In this document: in pieces, positions 37,505-48,766 of the stretch
Numbering within the stretch: position 1 is the first letter of the stretch
How the letters are laid out: each line of letters begins with the position of its first letter
Source: Gemmatimonadota bacterium
GTDB taxonomy: Bacteria > Gemmatimonadota > Gemmatimonadetes > Longimicrobiales > Gaopeijiaceae
Direction: 5' to 3'
Assembly (NCBI GenBank): GCA_009841475.1
Contig: VXLT01000318.1
Coordinates: 1 to 56,928, forward strand
DNA: 56,928 bases
The notes under the pieces: generated by a model
Database searches by the model: none
Told to the model about the DNA's origin: nothing
What the model saw: only the letters and a program-made list of their open reading frames with translations
Translations under genes and position numbers: made by a program

Positions 37505-38664
37505 TGGCACGCACGAAACGTGGCCGGCGCGCGTACAGCGCCGGAGAGTGGGGCCGGAACCGGGTGAGGGTGTTCCCCGATCCCAAGACCGGCTTGTTCC
37601 AGATCGAGTGGCGCGAGAGCGGGCGCAGGCTCACCCGGTCGCTGAAACACCGCGACTGGGCCCGAGCGAAACGGCAGGCCGACGAGTTCGCGGCCGGGTT
37701 CGCCGGGCCCGAGCTGAACGGCAAGAACGAAGCCGAGCCCGAGCCGCTCACCCTGGGGCGGCTTTTTAACATTTACGGGGAAGAGGTGACCCCCACCAAG
37801 GGGGAAAGCACACGGCGGGGCGACCGGGTCGCGACCGCGATGTTCCTCGGGTTCTTCGGCAGGAACCGGAGGCCCGAAACCCTGTCCCAGCGCGATTGGG
37901 ACCGGTTCATCCAAGCGCGCCGCGCGGGCAGGGTCGGTGCCTCGGGCAAGCCCGTGGGCGACCGGACCATCGAATGGGACCTGACGTTCCTGCTCGCGGT
38001 CCTCAACTGGGCCGAAAGGTCGAGGGACGAGGAGGGAAGGCTGCTCCTCGACAGGAACCCGCTCAGGGGCTTGAAGAAGCCCAAGGAGAAGAACCCCACC
38101 CGGGTCGTCCTCTCCGAAGACGAGTACCGGGCGCTACTTCGGGTCTCTCGGAAGGTCGGCTGGCAATTCCACGTCGCGCTCGTGCTCGCGCACGAAACCG
38201 GACATCGCATCGGCGCCATCCGCAAGCTCAGGTGGTCCGATATCGACCTCGAGGGCGGAGTGATCCGGTGGCGGGCGAAACACGAGAAGACGGGCTACGA
38301 GCACCGGACTCCGGTGACGGCCGAGGCAATAGCCGCCCTGGAAGTGGCGCGACGGATGGGCAATAGGGACGCGGACGCGCCGGTGCTTCCCACGCCGAGG
38401 GATGCGTCGAGGTGCTTGTACCACACATCGGCCCACCGCATGTGGGGTAGGGCGGAGAGGCTCGCGGGCCTGAAACCGAAGCCTCGCCGGGGCTGGCACT
38501 CGCTGAGGCGCAAGTTCGCCAGCGACCTCATGGACCAGCCGCTGAAGGTGCTCTGCGAATTGGGCGGCTGGAAGAACGCTAGGACGGTGCTCCAGTGTTA
38601 TCAGCACGCGGACGAAGGACAGCTCAGGAAGGCCCTCGCAAGCCGCCGCACCGTTCGCCCCTGA
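37501..38664 (+). CDS. Tyrosine site-specific recombinase (integrase)
   Basis: HETGHRIGAIRKLRWSDIDL (Arg I). GWHSLRRKFAS (HxxR). LGGWKNARTVLQCYQH (catalytic Tyr region). The internal start at 37501 was chosen over the 37219 ORF start. Confidence 0.85.
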   Translation: MMARTKRGRRAYSAGEWGRNRVRVFPDPKTGLFQIEWRESGRRLTRSLKHRDWARAKRQADEFAAGFAGPELNGKNEAEPEPLTLGRLFNIYGEEVTPTKGESTRRGDRVATAMFLGFFGRNRRPETLSQRDWDRFIQARRAGRVGASGKPVGDRTIEWDLTFLLAVLNWAERSRDEEGRLLLDRNPLRGLKKPKEKNPTRVVLSEDEYRALLRVSRKVGWQFHVALVLAHETGHRIGAIRKLRWSDIDLEGGVIRWRAKHEKTGYEHRTPVTAEAIAALEVARRMGNRDADAPVLPTPRDASRCLYHTSAHRMWGRAERLAGLKPKPRRGWHSLRRKFASDLMDQPLKVLCELGGWKNARTVLQCYQHADEGQLRKALASRRTVRP

Positions 38665-38756
38665 GATCCCAATCAGCGGGAGTCATTCGGCGGGAACCCG
38701 ACCCCCGATAGCCGCTAAACCCAACCGTCACAAACAGATGCCCGCCCGGCGTCATT

Positions 38757-39089
38757 TGCTCGGTAAACAAGATCATTCTCGTGGGCAACGTGGGGAGCGA
38801 CCCCGAAGTGCGCATCACCAGCGCGGGCGTGAAGGTGGCCCGGATCTCCCTGGCGACCAACTGGAGGACAGGGGGGGAGGAGCCGGAGGAGCGCACCGAC
38901 TGGCACCGCGTCAATCTGTGGGGCAGGCTGGCGCAGGTGGCCGAGGACTACGTGTCCAGGGGCGACAAGCTCTTTGTGGAGGGGTACCTGCAGTACGACT
39001 CCTACGAGCGGGACGGCGTGACGATTCCGACGGCCGAGATCCGTGCCCGAGAGATGGTGATGCTCACCCCACGGGCGAACGACGTCTGA
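38757..39089 (+). CDS. ssb: Single-stranded DNA-binding protein, short form without an acidic C-terminal tip
   Basis: (M)SVNKIILVGNVGSDPEVRITSAGVKVARISLATN...TDWHRVNLWGRLAQVAEDYVSRGDKLFVEGYLQYDSYE. TTG 38757 or GTG 38781 start. Ends ...MVMLTPRANDV with no DDDIPF-type tail. Confidence 0.8.
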   Translation, partial: CSVNKIILVGNVGSDPEVRITSAGVKVARISLATNWRTGGEEPEERTDWHRVNLWGRLAQVAEDYVSRGDKLFVEGYLQYDSYERDGVTIPTAEIRAREMVMLTPRANDV

Positions 39090-39098
39090 CCGATCGGA

Positions 39099-39959
39099 TC
39101 AGTGCGCGGTCCAGAATCCCGAAAGGGAGTCTCCCTGCGGGCTCTCGCGAAGCTTCTCGAAGGCCCGGTTGCGAATCTGGCGGATGCGCTCCCGGGTTAC
39201 GCCGAGAAGTGAGCCGATCTCCTCCAGGGTGCGCTCCTCGCCGTCGTCGAGGCCGTAGTAGAGGTAGAGGATCTTGCGCTCGCGCTCGGTCAGGTAGCTG
39301 TCGAACATGTTCTCGAGGTACGAGCGGCGCGCGATCGCCTCCACATCCTCCTCGATTTCGGCACCGTCCACGCCGGCGAAGCGCTCGCCGAAGCTGGCGC
39401 TGTCGCGGTCACCCCGGTCGAGGGGGGCATCCAGGCTGAGTTCGGCGGCGGCGACGCGGCGGAGCGCCCGGACCGTCTCCAGGGGCTCCCCCATCTCGCG
39501 GGCGAGCTCCTGGTCGGTGGGGGACCGGCCGAGCTGCTGCGTCAGACTGGTGTTGGTACGCGCCAGCCGGGCGAGGTTGGAGTTCTGGTTGAGCGGAATG
39601 CGGACGGAGCGCGTCTGCTCGGCCAGCGCCTGGAGCACGGTCTGCCGGATCCACCAGACGGCGTAGGAGATGAACTTCACCCCCTTGTCGGGGTCGAACT
39701 TCTTGACGGCCTTGAGGAGACCCTCATTGCCGATACAGACCAGCTCCGCGAGCCCCAGGCCGCGCCCCTGGTACTTCTTCACGTAGGAGATGACAAAGCG
39801 GAGGTTCGCGGTGACGAGGCGCTCGGCGGCCTCCTTGTCACCGGTTCGAGCTCTTCGCGCCAGCGCTCGCTCCTCCTCCGGGTCCGAGATTAGGGGGTAT
39901 CGCTCCACATCCTGGAGATACTGATCGAAGGAATCGAGACCGCGCGAGTCTGCGAACAA
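39099..39959 (-). CDS. Sigma-70 family RNA polymerase sigma factor (RpoD/RpoS-type, 286 aa)
   Basis: Region 2: LVTANLRFVISYVKKY, GNEGLLKAVKKFDPDKGVKFISYAVWWIRQ. Region 4.2: TLEEIGSLLGVTRERIRQIRNRAFEKLR. TTG start after an AGGAGGA RBS. Confidence 0.85.
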   Translation of the reverse strand: MFADSRGLDSFDQYLQDVERYPLISDPEEERALARRARTGDKEAAERLVTANLRFVISYVKKYQGRGLGLAELVCIGNEGLLKAVKKFDPDKGVKFISYAVWWIRQTVLQALAEQTRSVRIPLNQNSNLARLARTNTSLTQQLGRSPTDQELAREMGEPLETVRALRRVAAAELSLDAPLDRGDRDSASFGERFAGVDGAEIEEDVEAIARRSYLENMFDSYLTERERKILYLYYGLDDGEERTLEEIGSLLGVTRERIRQIRNRAFEKLRESPQGDSLSGFWTAH

Positions 39960-40169
39960 TGCCGTCCTCCTGATAGGGGAATCGAATCGGTCCCTTCCCC
40001 GGTGCCGGAGGGGGCGGCCGACTCAGGGACGGCGGGAGATACCCGGGGCGGCCACTCCGGTGTTCGGTGAAGGGACAGATATCTTACGTCCAGACGGCCC
40101 CCAAGTCAAATGTTTTTTTATGCAGCCGGCAGTGGTGGCAGGCGCAGCGGGCTTGTTCGCCGACCCCGG

Positions 40170-41990
40170 CTACCGTCCGCCCAGGAACACGGCGGAGGGT
40201 CCCGCGCCGCGGCTTCTTTGCATCTGACGGTCCCTCAGGGTCGCCAGGAGACTGGTCGAGTCGTAGCCGATGCGGAGCTGGTAGTCGCCCAGGCCGCCCG
40301 CTTCGAACGGCACGGCCAGGTCAAAGCGAACGACCTGACGGTTGCCGTCCGGGAAGGCGAAACGGAGTCCGACGCCTGCTGCTCCGCGCACGCCGGAGTC
40401 GGTGCTGAAGGGTGCGTCCCCCTTCCAACCCGCGCCGACATCGACAAAGACCGCCAATCCGGCGTCGAATACGTCGCTGAAGGGCGCGTCCAGGGTGATC
40501 CGGTCCTCCAGACTCACCACCACCCGCCGCGCCGCCGGGAAGTCGAGTCGGCCATACCCACGGATGCCCAGCGGCCCCCCCAGAGTGAGCTGGAAGGGCC
40601 TCGTATTGTCCCACCCCCCGGCGCCGCCGAGCCCCAGAACCAGCGTGTGCCGGCGCCCGGCGCCCGGCTGCCAGTACAAGTAGGCGTCGAACTCGGCGAG
40701 CACGTCTCGAATCGACCTCGTGTGGCGCTCCGTATGGGGCAGCCACGCACCCTCCAGATTGAGCTCCGAGTTGAACACCCACCGCTCGCCGGCGGCGCCT
40801 CCGAAGAGGGAGAGGCTGCCGCGCAGCTCCCTGTCGGCCCCGTCGGCTCCGAGCACCGGCCTTCCGAGCGTCGTGCCGGCCGCGATCATCGCCTGCGTCC
40901 CCACCCGCACATCCTGCTCGGCGCGCACGGCGTCGAGTCCACGCCGCGTGATGAAGCGGATGTTTCGCTTCCCGGCGACGGCATGAAAGCGCGGGATCCT
41001 TCGCTCCGAGGTCTGGCCCGCAATGGCCGCGACCATCGCCGCGTCGGCGTTCTCGCGCGCCGAATAGTCGAATCCGGGCACCACTTCGACCCCCTCGGGA
41101 AAGCCGTCGAAGCGTAGTCCCTCCCAGGAGACCCCCGCCGCGAGCACGATCAGGTCCCCCGGGGTCCCGAACCGCCGGCCCACGGTGGCTTCGGCCCGCC
41201 GGGTCTGAATGGGAAGACTTACGTAGGTGGACGTGCCGGACTCCGGCGTGGCGTAGGGGAAGATGTCCTCGCGCAGGGAATACGACTCCACGAACGCCCA
41301 GCGGCCGACCTCGCCGACGAAGGGATAGGAGAGCGATTCGGTGAAGAACGTCCCGGTGCGAGTCCTCCCTCCGGAGATCGCCCCATCGAACCGGGTGCGG
41401 GCGAGTCGCGGATTGCGCAGGTGCACCCCGATGTCGCGCTGCTCCACCTGGTCCCGCACGTAGGCTCCGAGCAGCGTTCCCGTCCCGAGGAAGTTCTCCT
41501 CCACGCCGCCGAGGTAGGCGAAGCGGAGACCCTGATCCAGTTCCGGCCGCACGTCCAGCTTCAGTGTCCAGTCGTCGCGCGTGGCCACGAAGACGTCCGT
41601 GCCGCCGCCGTCGGCGGGAGCGTGCCGTATGTCCGCTTCGGCGAGGAAGGACAGCGACCTGAGGGAACGCTCGGACTCATCGAGGAGCAGCTGGTCGAAG
41701 CAATCCCCGGCGCGGAAGAGGAGCTCGCTTTCGATCAGACCCTTCCGGGTTCGGATGTGCACCCGGTTGGCGACCCAGGCTGCCAGTCGCTGAACCCACC
41801 CCTGCGACACCCCGTCGTCCGGCCCGTTCTCCTCGTAGATGGACTGGTTGTCAATGAAGATGTTCTCGATCACGCCCGCCGGGCATTCCGGCCGGCCCCC
41901 GGGGGTTTCCTGGGCCGAAGCCGAATGCGCCGTACCGAGCAAACCGAGCAGGATCAATGTGGCCGCCGGGCGGACGGCGGAGCCGGTCAT
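40170..41990 (-). CDS. Omp85/BamA-TamA-family outer-membrane protein
   Basis: Signal peptide ...GTAHSASAQ. POTRA-like N-terminus (IENIFIDNQSIYEE). C-terminal beta-barrel with alternating pattern (GVRGAAGVGLRFAFPDGNRQVVRFDLAVPF). Confidence 0.7.
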   Translation of the reverse strand: MTGSAVRPAATLILLGLLGTAHSASAQETPGGRPECPAGVIENIFIDNQSIYEENGPDDGVSQGWVQRLAAWVANRVHIRTRKGLIESELLFRAGDCFDQLLLDESERSLRSLSFLAEADIRHAPADGGGTDVFVATRDDWTLKLDVRPELDQGLRFAYLGGVEENFLGTGTLLGAYVRDQVEQRDIGVHLRNPRLARTRFDGAISGGRTRTGTFFTESLSYPFVGEVGRWAFVESYSLREDIFPYATPESGTSTYVSLPIQTRRAEATVGRRFGTPGDLIVLAAGVSWEGLRFDGFPEGVEVVPGFDYSARENADAAMVAAIAGQTSERRIPRFHAVAGKRNIRFITRRGLDAVRAEQDVRVGTQAMIAAGTTLGRPVLGADGADRELRGSLSLFGGAAGERWVFNSELNLEGAWLPHTERHTRSIRDVLAEFDAYLYWQPGAGRRHTLVLGLGGAGGWDNTRPFQLTLGGPLGIRGYGRLDFPAARRVVVSLEDRITLDAPFSDVFDAGLAVFVDVGAGWKGDAPFSTDSGVRGAAGVGLRFAFPDGNRQVVRFDLAVPFEAGGLGDYQLRIGYDSTSLLATLRDRQMQRSRGAGPSAVFLGGR

Positions 41991-42114
41991 GGTGTCATCA
42001 GGCGTGGGGTTGGCAATTGACGGCGCTCCGTATGCTCCGGTAGGATCACAACCCGGTGAAAGCCGTTGCTCTCCGCTGGCTGGAGCCCGCGCAAGATACT
42101 AACAGGACGGGGAC

Positions 42115-44403
<2,289 letters not shown>

Positions 44404-44440
44404 CCCTTCAGTGACCAACCACGAAACCACGGACAGCAAT

Positions 44441-46033
44441 ATGCTTGTAGCAGAAGCACCTACGACGGCTCTGCGCGAAGAGGGATTGAACCCGAGAGGA
44501 CGCGTCAACCGCAATCTCTCTCCCGCGGAGCTGTATGAGGAAACCCTCAGGCTCGGCACCGGCCAACTCGCCCACGGCGGCGGGCTGGTGACGAGGACGG
44601 CCCCCCACACGGGCCGCTCCCCCAACGACCGCTTCATCGTTGACGAACCGGGCTCCAGTCATCTGATCGACTGGGGCGATGTAAACGTCCCCATCGACGA
44701 CATCCACTACCGCACCCTCAAGGCCGAGATCATCGAGCGCCTCAACGGCTGCGAACTCTATGTGCGGGACGCGCGCGCCGGCGCCGATCCCCGCTACTGC
44801 GTCAACGTGCGGGTGATCTCGGAGAGTCCGTGGCACGACCTCTTCGCCCGCAACATGTTCCTGCGGCTCGGGCCCGGCGAGGAGGCCGGCTTCGATCCCG
44901 ACTTCATCGTCTACCACGCACCGTCGATGCAGGCGGACCCGCGGCGCCACGGCACCAACTCCGGCGCCTTCATCGTGGTTCACTTCACCGAGCGGGTGGT
45001 GCTGGTCGGCGGCACCGCCTACGCCGGCGAGATCAAGAAGTCGATCTTCGCCGCGCTCAACTACACCCTCCCGGCCCGGGGCGTGCTCCCGATGCACTGC
45101 TCGGCCAACATCGGTGCCGCCGGCGACACGGCGCTCTTCTTCGGCCTCTCCGGCACCGGCAAGACCACGCTGTCCGCCGATCCAGCCCGCGGACTCATCG
45201 GCGACGACGAGCACGGCTGGAGCGACGACGGCGTCTTCAACTTCGAGGGCGGCTGTTACGCGAAGACGATCCGCCTCTCGCCGGAGGGCGAGCCGGACAT
45301 CTACCGCGCGACCCGCAGGTTCGGCACCATCCTCGAGAACGTGATCATGGACGAGCGCACGCGGGAGATCGACTACGATTCCGCGAGCATCACCGAGAAC
45401 ACGCGCGCGTCCTACCCGATCCTCTACATCGACAATGCGGTGCCGACCGGCCGGGGCGGCCACCCGAACAACGTGGTCTTCCTCACGGCCGACGCCTTCG
45501 GCGTGCTGCCTCCGATCGCGCGCCTCACCCCCGAACAGGCGATGTACCACTTCCTCTCCGGGTACACGGCCAAGGTGGCCGGTACCGAACGGGGAGTCAC
45601 CGAGCCGAAGGCGGCCTTCAGCGCCTGCTTCGGGGCCCCCTTCCTGCCCCAGCACCCCACCGTCTACGCCAGGCTGCTGGGCGAGAAGATCCCGCGGCAC
45701 GGCGCCCGGGTGTGGCTCGTCAACACAGGGTGGACGGGCGGCCGCTACGGGGTCGGCAGCCGAATGGAGCTGGCCCATACCCGCGCCATGCTGGAAGCCG
45801 CGCTGAACGGTGACCTGGAGGCCGCGCCCCGAGCGGTTGACCCGGTGTTCGGGCTCCACATTCCCACCCGCGTTCCCGGCGTCCCGGACAGCGTGCTGCT
45901 GCCCCGCGGGACCTGGGCCGACGGCGCCGCCTATGACGCCGCCGCCGCCGAGTTGGCCGCCATGTTCAAGCGCAACTTCGAGCGCTTTGCGGGCGGGGCC
46001 AGCGAGGCCGTGCGCGCGGCCGGGCCGGAGTAG
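44441..46033 (+). CDS. pckA: Phosphoenolpyruvate carboxykinase (ATP)
   Basis: TAPHTGRSPNDRFIV. Kinase-1a motif FFGLSGTGKTTLSADP. GDDEHGWSDDGVFNFEGGCYAK. WLVNTGWTGG. Internal ATG 44441 chosen because the ORF-track start overlaps maeB. Confidence 0.9.
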   Translation: MLVAEAPTTALREEGLNPRGRVNRNLSPAELYEETLRLGTGQLAHGGGLVTRTAPHTGRSPNDRFIVDEPGSSHLIDWGDVNVPIDDIHYRTLKAEIIERLNGCELYVRDARAGADPRYCVNVRVISESPWHDLFARNMFLRLGPGEEAGFDPDFIVYHAPSMQADPRRHGTNSGAFIVVHFTERVVLVGGTAYAGEIKKSIFAALNYTLPARGVLPMHCSANIGAAGDTALFFGLSGTGKTTLSADPARGLIGDDEHGWSDDGVFNFEGGCYAKTIRLSPEGEPDIYRATRRFGTILENVIMDERTREIDYDSASITENTRASYPILYIDNAVPTGRGGHPNNVVFLTADAFGVLPPIARLTPEQAMYHFLSGYTAKVAGTERGVTEPKAAFSACFGAPFLPQHPTVYARLLGEKIPRHGARVWLVNTGWTGGRYGVGSRMELAHTRAMLEAALNGDLEAAPRAVDPVFGLHIPTRVPGVPDSVLLPRGTWADGAAYDAAAAELAAMFKRNFERFAGGASEAVRAAGPE

Positions 46034-46110
46034 CGGCCGATGGAAGATTTCCGGCGGCCCGTGGAACAACGTCCCGCGGCATTCGAGCTGCGCTAGCGGG
46101 GACAGCGCAT

Positions 46111-47307
46111 ATGGCCCAGCGACGGCGACGGTTCGGCACTCTGCTGGCGATCGCGGCGCTGGGCGCGTGTGAGCAGGCCGAGAAACTGGAAGACCGTTTC
46201 CGCGACCTGACCCCTTACGAGGCCTACCAGGAGAAGCTGGCCGCGGCCGGGCTGGACAGTACGGCGCTGGCGATGGATTGGGCCGCGGCCGGGCGGGAAG
46301 CGGTGGAGGAGCCGATCACCGTCGATCTGCCCTTCGAGGAAGAGGGTTACATCACGGCCGAGGCTCCCGTGGCGGTGGGGTACCGGGTCCACATTCCCCG
46401 GGGACGCAAGCTGACCTTCGGAGTCTATCTGGAGACGGACGACGGCACTCGTCTCTTCCTCGACCTCTTCCGCGTTCCCAGCAACGAGGAGGATCCGCTG
46501 AGGCCGGTCTTCTCCTCCGACTCCGTAGGCGGGATCTTCGAGCACGAGGACCCCTGGCGGGCGGGCGACTATGTCCTGCGCCTGCAGCCCGAGTTGCTCC
46601 GCGGCGGGACCTACCGCGTGGTCCTCACCCAGGAGGCGCAGTTCGCCTTCCCGGTCGAGGGGTCCAGCATGAGCGCAATCCTGAGCGTCTTCGGCGCGCC
46701 CCGCGACGGCGGGCGGCGGGTGCACCACGGCGTCGACATCTTCGCGCGCCGCGGGACCCCCGTACTGGCCGCGACCGCTGGGACCACCTACCGGGTGAAC
46801 GACACGAACATCGGCGGCAAGGTGGTGTGGGTGCGCGACGAGGAGCGCGAAGCCCGCTTCTACTATGCGCATCTGGACAGCCAGTACGTGGGCAACGGCG
46901 TGCGCGTCGAGGTGGGCGACACGATCGGCTTTGTCGGCAACACGGGCAACGCGCGCACCACGCACCCGCACCTGCACTTCGGCGTCTACCGCCGCCCCGG
47001 CGGGCCGTTCGACCCCTATCCGTTCCTGGATCCACCGCGCCGCACCCTTCCGGAGATGACGGCGGATCTCGCGCTGCTGGGGGGGCACGTGCTGCCGAGC
47101 AACGAGGGGATTCGGCTGCGGGCTTCGCCGGGCACGCGAAGTGATGTGGTGATGGAGCTGGAGGCCGGCGCCAGTCTGCGCGTGCTGGGTGCCTCAGGCG
47201 GGTGGTACCGGGTGCAGTTGCCGGACGGCCGGCGCGGGTATGTGGCCGCGCGTCTCATGCAGGCGGAGGTCGCGCTCGCCGAGGACGGGGGTGGCTCGGG
47301 AGGCTAG
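46111..47307 (+). CDS. M23-family metallopeptidase with a C-terminal SH3b-like domain
   Basis: HHGVDIFARRGTPVLAAT...YAHLDSQYV..GDTIGFVGNTGNARTTHPHLHFGVY. C-terminus IRLRASPG..SDVVMELEAGASLRVLG.SGGWYRVQLPDGRRGYV. Confidence 0.85.
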   Translation: MAQRRRRFGTLLAIAALGACEQAEKLEDRFRDLTPYEAYQEKLAAAGLDSTALAMDWAAAGREAVEEPITVDLPFEEEGYITAEAPVAVGYRVHIPRGRKLTFGVYLETDDGTRLFLDLFRVPSNEEDPLRPVFSSDSVGGIFEHEDPWRAGDYVLRLQPELLRGGTYRVVLTQEAQFAFPVEGSSMSAILSVFGAPRDGGRRVHHGVDIFARRGTPVLAATAGTTYRVNDTNIGGKVVWVRDEEREARFYYAHLDSQYVGNGVRVEVGDTIGFVGNTGNARTTHPHLHFGVYRRPGGPFDPYPFLDPPRRTLPEMTADLALLGGHVLPSNEGIRLRASPGTRSDVVMELEAGASLRVLGASGGWYRVQLPDGRRGYVAARLMQAEVALAEDGGGSGG

Positions 47308-47316
47308 CCGGCTAGC
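47303..47316. repeat. Perfect 14-nt palindrome GCTAGCCGGCTAGC containing both convergent stop codons
   Basis: TAG at 47305-47307 ends the M23 gene. CTA at 47312-47314 is the stop of the minus-strand gene. It is followed by a second palindrome GCGCGCC-c-GGCGCGC. Confidence 0.6.
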
Positions 47317-47677
47317 GCGCCCGGCGCGCCGTGGCATACTGCAGCACAAGCCAGGCGACCGACGCAGTGCCCAGGATGCCGAACCCCAGAATGGACGGGG
47401 TAGCGACGTTCCCGACCCCGCTCCACGCAGTCGCCGAAGACACTCCGCCCGCCTGTTCGATGACGGTGGCCATGTTGCTCACACCGAGCAGGCTGCCGAG
47501 CACCCCGACGCATGCGCCGAGAGCCCCGAGCATCAGAATCGAATGTGTGCGGAGCGGGCTTATGGAGCCCTCGCCGCGAATCGCCTGAGTTGCGCAGCGC
47601 GCGATCTGCACAAGCAACAATACCAGCACGATCCAGAGCGGGTACTGAATGTCACCCAGTGAATCGATGAACGTCAT
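47312..47677 (-). CDS. Small MotA/TolQ/ExbB-like membrane protein (121 aa)
   Basis: Three TM segments. LGALGACVGVLGSLLGV...AWSGVGNVATPSILGFGILGTASVAWLVL resembles the MotA_ExbB channel core. Confidence 0.45.
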   Translation of the reverse strand: MTFIDSLGDIQYPLWIVLVLLLVQIARCATQAIRGEGSISPLRTHSILMLGALGACVGVLGSLLGVSNMATVIEQAGGVSSATAWSGVGNVATPSILGFGILGTASVAWLVLQYATARRAR

Positions 47678-48447
47678 CGGAGTCCTCCTTGGGGTTTGGG
47701 GTTCACGCCCGGCGGGGCCGACGCAGGCCGCGCCTGAGCGAAGAATCTCGTGATGCGGCGTTCCAATTCTTCATCGCTGATCAGCCGTGGAGTGATGGCG
47801 AGCCATCCGAAAAGGCCAAAGATGGCTGTCGCGACGCCGGTGGCGGCAAGGCTCGCTATGCGTCCGACGACCTCCCAGCCGGCGGAAGCGGGTGTGACGA
47901 CCGCCAGGTAGCCCTCCCACGCGGCGCCCAGCGCTCCGATCGCCACGGCCGCGACGATCAGGCCGGCCTGACGTGCCCAGAGCGCCTGTCGCCGGGGAGT
48001 GCGCAGATCACCGTGGAGCCACAGCCGGGTCACCGCGTGGGCCAGGTTGGCAGCCAGGAGGCCGATCACGATCGCCTGCGGCCAAACCAGGAAGTTCGCC
48101 GTACCGAGCGGCACGAGCCCCGGGAGTGCGAACACCGCCTGGACGCCGACCACGGTGGCTACGGCCGCGACGGCCAGCATGAGTACCCGGTCGATCGGCC
48201 CGGAAGCGCGTGTCCATCGGCCCAGCCGCGGCGTGTGACGCGCTTCCAGCTCTTCGAGCGCGGCGCTGGCGGGTACGAGCTGGCGGAGCGCCGCCCGCCG
48301 GGCCTGCACGCGGCCGTGACCCCGCCGCACCAGTTCCGCCTGCAGCGCCCTCACATCGGCTTCAACCTCCTCGATCAGGTCGAGCCGGTGTTGCGGTGCC
48401 ACCTTCAGCTCGCGTTCAACGCTCGCCAGCGGGTGCTCACGCGGCAT
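47674..48447 (-). CDS. Membrane protein downstream of PadR (257 aa from the internal start)
   Basis: An N-terminal soluble helix region is followed by about 5 TM segments. ATG 48447 overlaps the PadR stop by 11 nt. Its stop overlaps the next gene. Confidence 0.55.
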   Translation of the reverse strand: MPREHPLASVERELKVAPQHRLDLIEEVEADVRALQAELVRRGHGRVQARRAALRQLVPASAALEELEARHTPRLGRWTRASGPIDRVLMLAVAAVATVVGVQAVFALPGLVPLGTANFLVWPQAIVIGLLAANLAHAVTRLWLHGDLRTPRRQALWARQAGLIVAAVAIGALGAAWEGYLAVVTPASAGWEVVGRIASLAATGVATAIFGLFGWLAITPRLISDEELERRITRFFAQARPASAPPGVNPKPQGGLR

Positions 48448-48766
48448 GGGTGCCTCGCAGAAGTCCCAGGAGCGCCCGAAACTGCCGCTCCAATTCGTCC
48501 GCACCGGCCTGGAGTTCGGCCCGCCCGGCTGTTGTGATCCGGTATGTCTTGCGGCGGCGGCCCTCACCGCGCCAGGCGCCGCGCACGCGCCCCTCGTCCT
48601 CGAGCCGGTGCAGGATGGGGTAGAGCGTGCCGTGCTGGAAGGAGAACGCTCCCCCGGTCCGTTCCTCGACCGAAAGCGCGATCTGGTAGCCGTGCGCCGG
48701 GCCGTGCTCCAGCACCGCGAGCACCATCAGTTCGTTGATCCGCTTGGAAAGAGTGACTTGTGGCAT
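48437..48766 (-). CDS. PadR-family transcriptional regulator
   Basis: LMVLAVLEHGPAHGYQIALSVEERTGGAFSFQHGTLYPILHRLEDEGRVRGAW...RRKTYRITTAGRAEL. Confidence 0.85.
   Translation of the reverse strand: MPQVTLSKRINELMVLAVLEHGPAHGYQIALSVEERTGGAFSFQHGTLYPILHRLEDEGRVRGAWRGEGRRRKTYRITTAGRAELQAGADELERQFRALLGLLRGTHAA

Larger units (their letters stand above)
21986..38664 (+). mobile_element. Integrative conjugative element (regulator, Trb/VirB T4SS, coupling protein, ArdC, Xis-like gene, integrase); boundaries not determined
   Basis: A co-oriented, mostly overlap-coupled gene train runs from an AlpA-like gene to a tyrosine integrase. I could find no flanking direct repeats by eye. Confidence 0.75.
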
